DNA of 64,000 bases from Tubiluchus corallicola (GCA_030141605.1 JAQGDQ010001002.1:1-64000); one strand, 5' to 3'. Numbered from the stretch's first letter, positions 14,201 through 27,575 are shown. The notes: generated by a model not told the origin, from the sequence alone. A program made the numbers and translations.

Positions 14201-14546
14201 GGAGGAGCTTCGTCGATCATCTACCTCCTCCGTGGGTAGCAGCGACTCGGAGGACTCCGTTGCCAGGGGTATCGAGGAGTGGAGGGAGAGTGTTGGATTC
14301 AGGAAGGAGCATGGATTTGCTCTTCCTGGATACCCCTGGCCACCGTCGCCTGGCCGTCCCAGGCGGCGGTCTCGTTCGGATGAGGAGGAAGAAGAGCAGG
14401 AGCGTGTCCGGCGTGTTCTGGAGGAACGGGAGCGGATTTTGTCGGACACGTATGTCGATAGTGACCTGGATACATCACATGATGTCAGTGATTATGAGCG
14501 TTGGCGGTGGGAAGCCATTCATGGACAGCCATGGTTTTCTGATTAA
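8258..14546 (+). CDS. Spliced gene encoding a 278-aa protein with two C2HC (MYT1-type) zinc fingers; coding exons 8258-8268, 8724-8897, 10663-10794, 11847-11955, 14136-14546
   Basis: Five exons with canonical AG/GT sites and compatible phases (11+174+132+109+411 = 837 nt); exons 2-5 stand out as GC-rich. Translation: MPKR-CHWFAQCGGQGNINPRYATHRATSAC...CPNFVSCGGQGNVVEGRGRHYVMANCP...FRPHPY...acidic/Arg-rich tail ending HGQPWFSD*. Confidence 0.8.
9300..9436. repeat. GAT/GGT trinucleotide low-complexity tract plus (GA)n
   Basis: Read directly. Confidence 0.9.
9992..10058 (-). mobile_element. tRNA-derived SINE head or tRNA pseudogene
   Basis: Minus strand GGGGTTAGCTCAATTG...GAGGTCGCGGGTTCAATTCC: A and B boxes present, stems broken. 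Confidence 0.55.
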
Positions 14547-15198
14547 GATGTTTTTGGTATGTCTTTTTTCTCTACAATTACTTATTGTAATCTCCTGCAA
14601 GTAAGACAATGAAATGTCATAGGTGCTCTAGTGGTGATTCCCAAGGGGGGCGGGGAGGAGAAGTCACCCTCTTCCTCCTTCTCTGACTAGTTGGAGTAGT
14701 TTCACACAAGAAACTTTTTTGTTACCCATTAACCCAAACGTGTAACAGTAATTTTCATCTCACTATGTCAGCATGCCGCAGTATCCATGTTTTTTCTGCA
14801 AACAATTGTAGCATTTTGACCTTTTTTTCATTTTTATATAGGAAAACGTGCAATGGTGTATGTTAATGGTGCAGCATCATCATGTATTTTGTGCAACATT
14901 CACTACAATTACTGAGAACATCAGATGTGCAGCACAGTGAGTGGAATCATGAACTTCTGTGCAGTATATGGAATGCAAGGAGTGGCAACACTGGATTGTC
15001 TTGCTTAACACAAGATCAGATGTACAAAGCAATGTTTTCTACAACAAATGGAGACATTAGATGCCTAATGCAACAACAAGGTTTTTTACATTCCTGTTAT
15101 ATTTTATTGTGTGTTGTGTCATAGAAAAAGCCATTACAATTATCCTCATAGTATGCTTTATATGAAACACTTGTTTCTGATGCAATGTAATATTCTTA

Positions 15199-15340
15199 AA
15201 TTGATGCTTTAACATTCAGCATCCCTGGCCCTATTCTGCATCATCAATTGATGCTTTAACATTCAGCATCCCTGGCCCTATTCTGCATCATCAATTGATG
15301 CTTTAACATTCAGCATCCCTGGGTCTATTCTACATCATCA
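15199..15340. repeat. 47-bp tandem repeat, 3 copies
   Basis: Unit aattgatgctttaacattcagcatccctggccctattctgcatcatc. Confidence 0.9.
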
Positions 15341-16169
15341 TTTCTATTCAGCTTCAGTTTGATGATTCTCTAATGTGTCTATGCTATGAAGGACACGCCT
15401 CTTTTCTTTCTGTTCAGTGTCTAAATGAGTTTGTTGTTTGTCAAGACGAGTCAAGTAATGAAGTGGAGACACCTGGTAGTTGGTCGCTACAACTTCTTTT
15501 TCAATGTATGACTTCATTTGTGCTAATTAGTCGTCAGGGAATCAAATTTATAAAATTCATTTCGCATTTTGCACGACTTTGCATTTCTTGGTATCATGCA
15601 GACTGCTTGTCATAATCTTTAGTTATTTTTCTCTCGGGGTGATAATATAGCGGGAGGATGAGTCACTCTTCTGTTTTCATATTTTTATGTTTATACAAGC
15701 AAAGTTGGTCTTGCACGTAAGCGAGAGGGCATCATTGTTTCTATTGTGTTTTTCTGCTGTCATTTCATTAAATGATTTAAACCAAATTTTGCTTAAAGAC
15801 TTTTTCTAGCCAATAAGAAACACTTGCAGGTTTTTTGGCGCCCCCTGGATGGTGTTTTGTTTGAAGATTGTTATGCAGGATTTTGAGCATTTAATTTAAA
15901 TTGTTTGATTGGTTCTTTTCGACCAAATTGTTTGATTGGTTCTTTTCGACCAGCGCATGCACATTGGGGGCACTATTACTGCTCGATTTCAAGCAGTAGT
16001 CGACAGTTCTTGACGTGAAAGACAGATATTTTCAATTGTGAGAAATCTATAAGGTTCAGAAATAGTTTGTGTGCAACCTGCGGTTCAGAACTGGAATTAT
16101 CTTTTTGCGTAACTTGTTATCCATATATTTACAAGGATACGCTCTAAAAATTAGTAAAACTTTTTCATT

Positions 16170-19100
16170 CAGAATGTCAAAATGATATCTTCCAACCTTG
16201 TGATTGTTTATTTACTGTTTTGATTACTTTTGTAACTGTCACTTCAACTGTGTCTTAGAACTCGAGAATTGTTAAGGAGCTAAGTCATCAAACTTAAGCA
16301 GGTCATAGCAAGAGATGGGAGAAAAATTGTTGTTGGGTAGGTGTTGACATGGGCGGGGGGCAGTTTAAGGTCAAAGTTTACAACAAGTAGGGACTATGAG
16401 CGGCTGGGCAAACAAAGGTACTCCTCTTACTGTCCCAAGTGAGGAAGTGACATTGGAGAAGTGGTCGGTGACCTTGCGTGGGTGGATTGAGGTCAACGGA
16501 AGTGGAAGTTCATTAACTACTACAGAAGGGAAGTCATAAAACTACAAGAGCTTGTTGACTAACCTTATGCGACTCATAATACGAAGTGGGCGAGTAACTA
16601 AGATGAGGTATTTGGTGAGTTTAAGTTGATAGTTCACAGTTAAACGTTGCAATAATTGCACAATTGCAATGAATTTGGCAAGCAAAGCTGGAGAACTTGC
16701 TATACCGGGCAGAGAACGAGTTTGGTTATGTAATCAGTGAGTTTTTATTGGTTGTTCTAGATAAAGAACGTTAAGATTTAAAAACTATTATAAGAAACAG
16801 TTTTAAAAGCTCAAGGAGCTGAGTGTTCAAACTGATGCAACTTATGTTACGTAATGAGGTTAGCGAATGACTTTGTTGGTGGAGGTTCAAGGTTAGAAGC
16901 CGCACAATTGTAAAACTGTGGGCAGTACGAGGTCATGGGCTGCAACAACTTCTAAAACCACCAGTAGTTAGGCAAACAAAGGCTTGCAACGTATTTTTCT
17001 AAAGGGAGGGTGACTAATTATCATAAACTGTGGCAACTCAAAACATCTGTAAAAAGCAGTTGTACTGAATTACTGCTAAAGTGCAAGGCAACCAGTGCCA
17101 GGCTAATATTATTCATTTTGCCTCTCAATCTAGAACTACTGATGCTGGCAAGCTGATAGTGTACTTAGTGTACAACTGTGTACCATTTTCAAACTGTAAA
17201 ACAGGGGACCTTACAACTGTGTACCGTTTTCAAACTGTAAAACAGGATACCTTACAAATGTGTGAAATTTTAAACTTTTTACATCGACAGTAAAAGAAGT
17301 AAAATGATTTTTTTAATTTCTTAGACATTTTTTCATTTACAATATCATTTCTATCATTTACACGTTTGTGTTGTTTATAATAGTTCCAAATCTTATTGCT
17401 TCTGTGTTTAATTTTTACTTTTCGTTTTGCGGTCTGCGGTGATCAAACTGTTTAGTGACCCCCCCCCCCCCACCACCACCACCACACACACTTGTTTCAC
17501 TTGCAATTAATCAGTAGACCTATGCTAGCTAAGGTTTACTTATTATATCTGCTGCACTAATTTATGCAAGACAGTTTGAGTTGAAAACGTAATCATTAAG
17601 CTACTGTAGTGCAGACATTTTCTATGATCCAGTTCTGAAACGAAAATTTGTTGAAAATCCGCTTACTTGAGCAATTTTAAGACTTCCATGTTTTTTTAAT
17701 TTCAAAAATGTTAGAAAAATATTCATAAACAATCATCGGAAAATTTGATGTGTCACATGTTCAAGCTGCAGCAGTTTTAGCAATAGTTAGAGATAGTTAG
17801 TGATAATTAGTGATAGTTAGTGATAATTAGTGATAGTTAGTTTTAGTTTTAGTTAGTAACAGGGCGGTAGGTAAGGAGCGTAGGGTCTCATGAATTAAAA
17901 CTATAAAACTTGTTTTTATCAAGTGTTTTTTTATATTTATATGATATGCAAATCATTTAAAAGGTCCTACTCTCCTTGCCACGTTAGAGCCGTTAATTAA
18001 TTTATTAATTAAAGAATAGATTATTTTATTCAAAGTCTTACAAAGTCTTCCAAAATTCACGAGATAAATAAGAAACAGTGAGACACGGCTTTTACTTTGT
18101 AAAACTTTGAATATCTTGCAGTTAGATCTGCACTAATTAGGATTACGTTAATTAATAGGCTCTGAATCATCAAGAGCGACTGCAGCGCTGCCGGCAGCTG
18201 CTGCAGTAACTGTAGCAACTTGAACACTGCGGCGTTGTGTGTTGAAGATGTTATGATTAAAATATTGGGCTAAAACCATCTTGTAATCTTGCCTTTAGTC
18301 CTGAGGTAGAAGTTGTTTTTACTGCAGTAATTTAACTGAAATTACAGCAATTAAACTTACTTCTCAATAAAGTGATATTAGATTGGGAAAAACTCTTTTA
18401 GCAGCAGATATAATTTTAATGATAAGTTGCAAGTGATATTTTTTTGTAAGAAAGCAGGCACATTTTATCATATTGTATCACTGGCTACGTCATTATTGGT
18501 CACTCAACGTAGTTCTGTTAACTGTCCCTTTATAGAGAGTTTGAGTTGTCACTGAATTTAAACCACAAACTAAAGTCACCTTTAGAAAGTTGAGTTGTCA
18601 CTGAATTTAAACCACAAACTAAAGTCACCTATAGAGAGTTTGAGTTGTCACTGAATTTAAACCACAAACTAAAGTCACCTATAGAAAGTTTGAGTTGTCA
18701 CTGAATTTAAACCACAAACTAAAGTCACCTATAGAAAGTTTGAGTTGTCACTGAATTTAAACCACAAACTAAAGTCACCTATAGAGAGTTGAGTTGTCAC
18801 TGAATTTAAACCACAAACTAAAGTCACCTATAGAGAGTTGAGTTGTCACTGAATTTAAACCACAAACTAAAGTCACCTATAGAGAGTTGAGTTGTCACTG
18901 AATTTAAACCACAAACTAAAGTCACCTATAGAGAGTTGAGTTGTCACTGAATTTAAACCACAAGCTAAAGTCACCTATAGAGAATTTGAGTTGTCACTGA
19001 ATTTAAACCACAAACTAAAGTCACCTATAGAGAATATGAGTTGTCACTGAATTTAAACCACAAACTAAAGTCACCTATAGAGAATTTGAGTTGTCACTGA

Positions 19101-20200
19101 ATTTAAACCACAAGCTAAAGTCACCTATAGAGAGTTGAGTTGTCACTGAATTTAAACCACAAACTAAAGTCACCTATAGAGAATTTGAGTTGTCACTGAA
19201 TTTAAACCACAAGCTAAAGTCACCTATAGAGAGTCTGAGTTGTCACTGAATTTAAACCACAAACTAAAGTCACCTATAGAGAATTTGAGTTGTCACTGAA
19301 TTTAAACTACAAACTAAAGTCACCTATAGAGAGCTGAGTTGTCACTGAATTTAAACCACAAACTAAAGTCACCTATAGAGAGTTTGAGTTGTCACTGAAT
19401 TTAAACCACAAACTAAAGTCACCTATAGAGAATTTGAGTTGTCACTGAATTTAAACCACAAACTAAAGTCACCTATAGAGAATTTGAGTTGTCACTGTTC
19501 AGTTGAGGTTAAGTTGCATCAGTTCAGGCACACAACTGCCGCTTACCATTTTACTGCAATTGTCTCTTATAATTGTTTCTAAATCGTATCATCCTTTCCT
19601 CTTCAACCACTAATCTAAAGTCATTGATTTACTTCATCGATCTCCTTCTCCACCTGGTACAGTAAGTTATCTACCTTTCCTTTTCGAATTCTTTGCCGGT
19701 GTGCTTTTGTTGTCACCTTTACCTGTGAACCACCCACTCAAAGTCGCTGAATACCCCATCTTCGTTACTCATCTACCGCTTGTTATGAGTTGCATAATGT
19801 TTGTCAATGAGCTCCTTGCAGTTTTGTAACCTCCTTTCTCTAGTAGTTTTTAAACTTTCATCTCCTTTGACTTTAATCCACCCACGCAAGGTCACTGACC
19901 ACTTCTCCAATGTTACTTCCTCACTTGGTACAGTAAGAGGAGTACCTTTGTTTGTCCAGCCGCTCATAGTCCTTACTTGTTGTAAACTTTGACCCTAAAC
20001 TGCACCCCCCCATGTCACCACCTACCCAACAATAATTTTTCTCCCCTCTCTTGCCATGACCTGCTTAAGTTTGATGACTTAACTCCTTAACAATTTTAGA
20101 GTTCTAAGACACAGTTGAAGTGACAGTTACATAAGTAATCCAAATAATAAATAAATAATTATTGGGTTGGAAAGTTGTGTTTTGACTATTCAATGAGTTT
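16170..20200. repeat. Long diverged inverted duplication (arms ~16170-17060 and ~18520-20200)
   Basis: gtaactgtcacttcaactgtgtcttagaactc...gagaagtggtc at 16232-16470 is the reverse complement of 19890-20130. Confidence 0.85.
18530..19497. repeat. 49-50-bp minisatellite, ~19 copies
   Basis: Unit gagttgtcactgaatttaaaccacaaactaaagtcacctatagagagttt. Confidence 0.95.
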
Positions 20201-20845
20201 TGCTATTTTTAAACTGTGCTGCACTTTCGTATTCGTCCCCTGCCTGCTTACTCTCTAAACCACTAGGTGAGATGTTTGCACATTATTTGTCCCTGGTGGT
20301 CAGTGTAATTTACAACATGCAGCATTTGAATGTTTTAGTCTGAAGAAGAAACAATGGGAAAGTTTTGTATAACGTGATCTTGAGTCTACCTACACTTCTG
20401 ATGGTTTGCTCTTGAGGTCTTTTAGGGGTGGTTAAACTCGCTGGTTGGTCCGAGATTACAGCCTCGCTGTCAACTTACGCTGACTTAATTTGGCATTTAC
20501 AGCAGTACAATAACGCAAGGAACTATATAGTAAATTTGTTGTAATTTATAGTGTTAGTACTTTTTATAGTAACTCAAGTCGCAAAAAACTTCCCCCTCAT
20601 GTTACCATTAAGCCTAACTACTTCAAAGACTTGGTCACTTTGCTTCTTAACAATTGTTGATTTGTAAGACTATCAGTTACACTGGGTTTATTATGGACAG
20701 CTTCCAGAAGTGGTCGAGCTTTGTTTACTCCACGTATCTCTCTTGTCTGTTTCCTTTATACTTAACAGGATAGTCTATAGTGTTCCAGTGTGTCCTACTT
20801 ATATCTAGTGTTGTTGTTTTGTGACTGTATAAAAATGTAATACGG

Positions 20846-21335
20846 TCAGGGACGGCTTTAGGCAGTTTGGGGTGCCCTAGGCAAAAATTTTTTTTAACGC
20901 CCTCTTTTCCACCTAGAATTTTTGGCGCCATCTTTTTCACGTAGAGTTTTTAGCGCCCTCTCTTCAACATAGAATTTTTGGCACCCTCTTTTCCACGTAG
21001 AGTTTTTAGCGCCCTCTCTTCAACATAGAATTTTTGGCACCCTCTTTTCCACGTAGAGTTTTTAGCGCCCTCTCTTTAATATAGAATTTTTAGGGCCCTC
21101 CCTTCAACGCTCAATCCCTTCTCCCGCTGCCGCCTCCACCATACCCCCAAAATTGAATTTGTAGTGACAATATTATAATGGTAGCTTATAATTGGTGCAT
21201 GTTCTAGCCCTCTTGGTTTATTAAGCACAATTGTTCATAATTGTTATCACTTATGCTAAACTTAAATATTAAACACTTCTAAAATTTGGCGTCCCTCTAA
21301 AATTTGTTGCTCCAGCTAACTGCTTAGCTTGTTTA
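20846..21335. mobile_element. Possible non-autonomous DNA transposon (hAT-like) with internal GGCGCCC-type repeats
   Basis: Begins CAGGGACGGCTT...GGTGCCCTAGGC and has repeated tttt(t/a)gcgccctct motifs; the right terminus is not clear. Confidence 0.35.
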
Positions 21336-21553
21336 GTGGTACAGTCTGCTCTGAACATGGTATAAACAGTAAACAAGCACCTTGTATAGAGTGGTACAGG
21401 CTGCTCTGAACATGGTATAAACAGTAAACAAGCACCTTGTATAAAGTGGTACAGTCTGCTCTGAACATGGTATAAACAGTAAACAAGCACCTTGTATAAA
21501 GTGGTACAGTCTACTCTGAACATGGTATAAACAGTAAACAAGCACCTTGTATA
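21335..21553. repeat. 55-bp tandem repeat, 4 copies
   Basis: Unit agtggtacagtctgctctgaacatggtataaacagtaaacaagcaccttgtataa. Confidence 0.95.
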
Positions 21554-23239
21554 GTTCTAATCTAGTGAATTTGGTGATTAACTGACACTGGTTTGGGCTT
21601 GTTCTGGACAACTACTAATGTTGGTTGAGCGCTTAAAGGACAAGAAAAGGGGCACCTGAAGTAGGTTTCAGAAAAATCACCTTGAAAAATTATACTACTT
21701 TACAGTAATTTTATGTACATATCGTATTCACGTCGAAAAGAATTTTCGTTTGTTTTCATTTTAAATCTCCCGCAATACTGTTCCGACGGCGCCATTACAT
21801 GACGTCACTACGCAAACGTAAATCAATGGAAGAAAAGCAAATGTTAAATTATGATCTAAAAAACTTTCCATGCAAAACAATATTACTTAGCATTTCACTT
21901 AACGTGCTGGAATGACCTAAATAACTAGACTAATAATTTAAAATGTTTGTGCCAATTGGTAAAATGTCATTGACTCACCCTCCAGGGTGCGCCACTCACT
22001 AGCCAAGAACGTATTTTTAATCTTATTGACAAGATACAGTAATTTAAAATTTTACTTAATTAGCAACGTTCATGCTACCAATACTCTGATTATTTTTTCA
22101 AACTTTATTTAATGTTATCAAAACTTTTTTCAAACGACCTACGATTAAAATGGCCTCACCTAACGGTCATCTGGAGTTTAAATTTACACGTTTTATACAG
22201 CGTTACGTCCGGTGCAAGCGATGCATACGAAAAGGTAGCATGTAAGTGATATAAAGTCTCCACCGACATTACCTCTCCCCACCGATAATTTGGCAGCAAA
22301 AATTCTATAGTTATTTTGCATGAAATTTTGAGCAAATATTTATGAATATCTGTGAAGATTTTGCAGCTGTAATCTTGGCTCGGTGCCAGCAATAATTTAT
22401 CCATTCTCGTACTTTGTAGGGACAAGATTTTGTCCTGTGTTTCCTATACCCAGCATTCACGATACCCAATCCGTTATTATGGTGATTAAAGAAATTTTAC
22501 TACTAATTTAATAGTCTGATTTACAGTACCAGTTTAACCTATTCGCGGTAAAATAATGATTAAAATCAAAAGATGTCACATCACTCTGAGCTTTTGTAAT
22601 GCGCATTGTAAAATTTAAATGTTTTTCGTTTGACTGACGTACAAACGAATTTGCATGTTCTAGATTTCTGTAGATTTCTTGTAGATTTCTCACAGTTGAA
22701 TCAGGTAATCACTGAATGCAGAAACGATTTTTCTTCCTCGACTGGGAACCATTCACGTTTCTATGTAGAACTGGGTTATTTTACAAACAAGCATTGTATT
22801 ATTTTGTTTCAGTATTGTCATGAACGCCTTCGCTATCATCATCATCGTCGTCATCTCCACTACAACTAGCTTCTTCGTAAAGAAACCACAAGACTGCCAG
22901 TAATTATTTTCGTCGTCATTATTGTTGTTGCCGCCGCCATTATTTGTCTTCTTTTAACAGTTTTTGTTTTTCTGTTGATTTTTGCAGATTTCTTTTCATT
23001 CGAGAAACAACATTTCCTTTTGTAAACACTTTTAAGAATGCTAAAGTACGTTTTCTTTTCGATTATTATTTCCCTTTGGTTTTTAAACAATCACGGCAAC
23101 AGGTTCCATGGCGAAGCAGTCCAGCAGACATCATTCTCTTTTTTGTCTTAAGTGCTGTTGTTCTATCAAGTTTCTTCTAAATTTTGGGTATTGATGATTA
23201 TGGAAAATTGCTCCCATTCTCTAAATCTTATTTGGTACA

Positions 23240-25178
23240 TAGTTACTGCTATAGGGCGTTTGACAAAGTTGTGCAAGCAGATGATTCCAGTTTTTGAATC
23301 TCATTTGGTTCATAGTTACTGCTATAAGGTGTTTGACAAAGTTGTGCAAGCAGATGATTGCAGTTTTTTCCCCAAGAACTTGTTGTTCTGTCGAGTGGCT
23401 ATTAGTTACTGCTATAGGGTGTTTGACAAAGTTGTGCAAGCAGATGATTCCAGTTTTTTTCCCAAGAACTTGTTGTTCTGTCGAGTGGCTATTAGTTACT
23501 GCTATAAGGTGTTTGGCAAAGTTGTGCAAGCAGATGATTTCAGTTTTTTCCCAAGAACTTGTTGTTCTGTCGAGTGGCTATTCGTTACTGCTATAAGGTG
23601 TTTGACAAAGTTGTGCAAGCAGATGATTGCAGTTTTTTCCCAAGAACTTCTTGTTCTGTCGAGTGGCTATTGGTTACTGATATAAGCTGTTTGACAAAGT
23701 TGTGCAAGCAGATGATTCCAGTTTTTTCCCAAGAACTTGTTGTTCTGTCGAGTGGCTATTAGTTACTGCTATAAGCTGTTTGACAAAGTTGTGCAAGCAG
23801 ATGATTCCAGTTTTTTCCCAAGAACTTGTTGTTCTGTCGAGTGGCTATTCGTTACTGCTATGAGGTGTTTGACAAAGTTGTGCAAGCAGATGATTCCAGT
23901 TTTTTCCCAAGAACTTGTTGTTCTGTCGAGTGGCTATTCGTTACTGCTATAAGCTGTTTGACAAAGTTGTGCAAGCAGATGATTCCAGTTTTTTCCCAAG
24001 AACTTGTTGTTCTGTCGAGTGGCTATTAGTTACTGCTATAGGTATTTGACAAAGTTGTGCAAGCAGATGATTCCAGTTTTTTCCCAAGAACTTGTTGTTC
24101 TGTCGAGTGGCTATTAGTTACTGATATAAGCTGTTTGACAAAGTTGTGCAAGCAGATGATTCCAGTTTTTTCCCAAGAACTTGTTGTTCTGTCGAGTGGC
24201 TATTAGTTACTGCTATAAGCTGTTTGACAAAGTTGTGCAAGCAGATGATTCCAGTTTTTTCCCAAGAACTTGTTGTTCTGTCGAGTGGCTATTCGTTACT
24301 GCTATGAGGTGTTTGACAAAGTTGTGCAAGCAGATGATTCCAGTTTTTTCCCAAGAACTTGTTGTTCTGTCGAGTGGCTATTCGTTACTGCTATAAGCTG
24401 TTTGACAAAGTTGTGCAAGCAGATGATTCCAGTTTTTTCCCAAGAACTTGTTGTTCTGTCGAGTGGCTATTAGTTACTGCTATAGGTATTTGACAAAGTT
24501 GTGCAAGCAGATGATTCCAGTTTTTTCCCAAGAACTTGTTGTTCTGTCGAGTGGCTATTAGTTACTGCTATAAGGTGTTTGACAAAGTTGTGCAAGCAGA
24601 TGATTCCAGTTTTTTCCCAAGAACTTGTTGTTCTGTCGAGTGGCTATTAGTTACTGCTATAAGCTGTTTGACAAAGTTGTGCAAGCAGATGATTCCAGTT
24701 TTTTCCCAAGAACTTGTTGTTCTGTCGAGTGGCTATTAGTTACTGCTATAGGGCGTTTGACAAAGTTGTGCAAACAGATGATTCCAGTTTTTTCCCAAGA
24801 ACTTGTTCTGTCGAGTGGCTATTCGTTACTGCTATGAGGTGTTTGACAAAGTTGTGCAAGCAGATGATTCCAGTTTTTTCCCCAAGAACTTGTTGTTCTG
24901 TCGAGTGGCTATTAGTTACTGCTATAAGGTGTTTGACAAAGTTGTGCAAGCAGATGATTCCAGTTTTTTCCCAAGAACTTGTTGTTCTGTCGAGTGGCTA
25001 TTAGTTACTGCTATAGGGCGTTTGACAAAGTTGTGCAAACAGATGATTCCAGTTTTTTCCCAAGAACTTGTTCTGTCGAGTGGCTATTCGTTACTGCTAT
25101 GAGGTGTTTGACAAAGTTGTGCAAGCAGATGATTCCAGTTTTTTCCCCAAGAACTTGTTGTTCTGTCGAGTGGCTATT
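23240..25178. repeat. 89-90-bp satellite, ~21 copies
   Basis: Unit ...gttactgctataaggtgtttgacaaagttgtgcaagcagatgattccagttttttcccaagaacttgttgttctgtcgagtggctatt... Confidence 0.95.
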
Positions 25179-25856
25179 GACTGTTGCTAATTATGGGTCA
25201 ATGGCATTTTTATGATCAACACCAGGAATCTTTCTTGTAACATTAACTTGAGTAGATAATTGTTGCATCAGTTGTGTTATTTAGGTAAGGGAATGTTACA
25301 TTAATAAGCTGCATAATTATCATTAACTTTTCATGGCTTCTTTGCAGAACTATCGACTGAGGTTTTTCTTACCTAGACTGTAATCTCACTGTGTCTTAAT
25401 AGTTTGCTGTCCCAAATAAAAAACAGGTTCGTGTCTCATAATTTTTCTCTTCATTTTCAGTCATGGAATTAAAGTTTACAAACGAGATTAGGCAGCACTG
25501 AAGTGTGGCTGCCATTATCTGTTGGATAAGCTCTAAAAATAGTTGTATAACAAACATATAAAAGCAATCACGAGGCTTTAATGCTTCTAAAGTCGTTAAA
25601 ATAGTCAATCCATTTCCCGTATAAAATCGTGCGTGTGTCGTATTAAAGTAACAAAACAGAGTAACAATTTGGGACTATTCTGTCCCATTAGCAGCAATTG
25701 TTTTAATATGACGTCTTGCATATGAATGCGGTCCGAAGTTTGCAGGCCTTTGCCGACAGACGGGTAGAGGTTGACCATCACCGGTTGGATAATTTCGGAA
25801 AAAATGAACGGTTCTACTGAAAAAGCTAATTTGTAATTATAATCGTGTCTACTTAC

Positions 25857-27575
25857 ACTGGCTTCGGTCTGCTCTGGCATTCTTCCAGGGGTGGCCGAGC
25901 CACCACCCCTGCCACGATCTCCCTGCGACGCTGCTCCTCATAGCGCCATGCACAGGCAGACGTGGACCTGTGCGTGGCGTACCGGGGGTTCAGGTTTCCG
26001 CGCCCCCCACACTGGGCAAACCAATGGCATCTTTTTGGCATCTAAAAAAAGAAGAAAAACGTCATTTCATTTTACTAGTTTAACAGAAAAAGTAAACAAC
26101 AGCGGTTGATACAAGACAGTAATATTATAAGATAATACATATATAAAGTCCATGATAAAATAAATAAGTTATTAAGTTGTTGTGTAAACTAGGGGTATGT
26201 AGTAAATTTGATTTGACTTTTTTATCACTATAATAACGTAAACTATAGTGTATTGTTTAAAGTTTTGTTAAAAGAAAAACGATGTTCTGTTTACTGGCAG
26301 CAAAGTCTTCAGGTTATTGAGAATTCTTTATGATTGCTGGTGCTCGACACAAACATAATGTAGTTTGTTATCACACTGTCTGTGTGCTCCATTCTTATGC
26401 TTTAAATTTCAAGTTTTGCTTTAATCGAACTTGTAGTTAAAATTATCGAACTTGAATCAAAACAATTTATGTCATTTAGGACATACTAATTACCAGCAAT
26501 AAGATTATAAGAGTAGCTTAGGTATCGCTTTGCAACGTTTAGGCTATTCAGTTTAACAGCAATAAAAAGCATTCAAAGCAGCTCTGTACTGAATCACTGC
26601 TTGCAAAACCAAGTAAAATAGTATTACTTTTTATGCTTTTTAGCAATTACTGAGTTACCTGAAAATTGGAAAATTACCAATTACAAAAATACAGACCCAA
26701 GTTGAGGTGAGGGAAGATGTATAAAGGGTCTGCAGTGGTATATCCCACCAAGTTTTTATGTTAAAAAAGCGCTTTCTACTCGCTTACAATGTAACCTTAT
26801 AAACAGATCTGTTTCGCCTTGAAGCAAATCCTCGGTCTCGTTGCTGACCATGTAATATATTTTTAGCCAGTTTTTCTATTGTAAACATTCTAAATACTAG
26901 GTTATAAAATATGAAACAACGGATTACATGCCAATGATAGAGGACGTTTTATAGAATCTAGAGAAGACGATTTTCATGAAACGGTTTTCATGTCAACAGT
27001 AAAATGGCAACCTAATGACGTATCGAGGCAGTTAAACAGAAAAACTCAAACTAATGAATAACCCAATGCTTCGCTCTGCAGACACCGTGGGTCTCACAAT
27101 CCTATCTCGTATGATTTTATCTTCCAAGACAAAAATTTGAATTGTGTTCTGCAAGGAAATTTCCAGTTTATCAAATTTTAAAATTATGAAAGTAAAAACA
27201 GCTACCCTTTTCGCGATCAGCAATCGATCATCGATCAACCTCACAAAAACGACTTTAATCGCACAGTCAGTCAAAGGAAAATGTCCAATTAACTGCAACT
27301 GAAACCGTTCAATTATTTAAAAGTTTGCCAAATATTCTGAGAATGTTTTTGCCCGATACCTAATCCTATCCTGGGACTGGCTTGTTAACTTAAAATGTTT
27401 CAAAAATTGCTTGTAAGATGATCCTGTAAAAAGTTATATAAATAAAGAATAATCTCACACCACACGAGACTAACAGCAGAAAAATATTTCTGTATGTTTG
27501 GACTAAAAAATAAAAAAGTAAATGGAAAGGTTTTCTGGCTAAAAAGCAAAATTTCTTTACATACCGTTTAGGCAT
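25857..27575 (-). pseudogene. Inverted partial paralog of the C2HC gene (exons 27575-27565 and 26041-25857; later exons not found)
   Basis: 25800-28005 mirrors ~7840-8950 with two insertions; ORF 25853-26041 MPKRCHWFAQCGGRGNLNPRYATHRSTSAC... matches exon 2. Confidence 0.7.

Noticed and set aside
14140-14604. 154-aa ORF and antisense 89-aa ORF
   Set aside because: Alternative frames over exon 5; splice phase supports the frame ending at 14546.
16340-16610. Stop-codon reassignment in the inverted coding relic
   Set aside because: Stops align with CAA, AAA, GAA and TGG inconsistently, which fits ordinary decay.
18530-25178. Regular arrays resembling CRISPR
   Set aside because: Head-to-tail units with no unique spacers, no cas genes, eukaryotic context.
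23152-25215. Many overlapping ORFs
   Set aside because: Artefacts of the 89-bp satellite.
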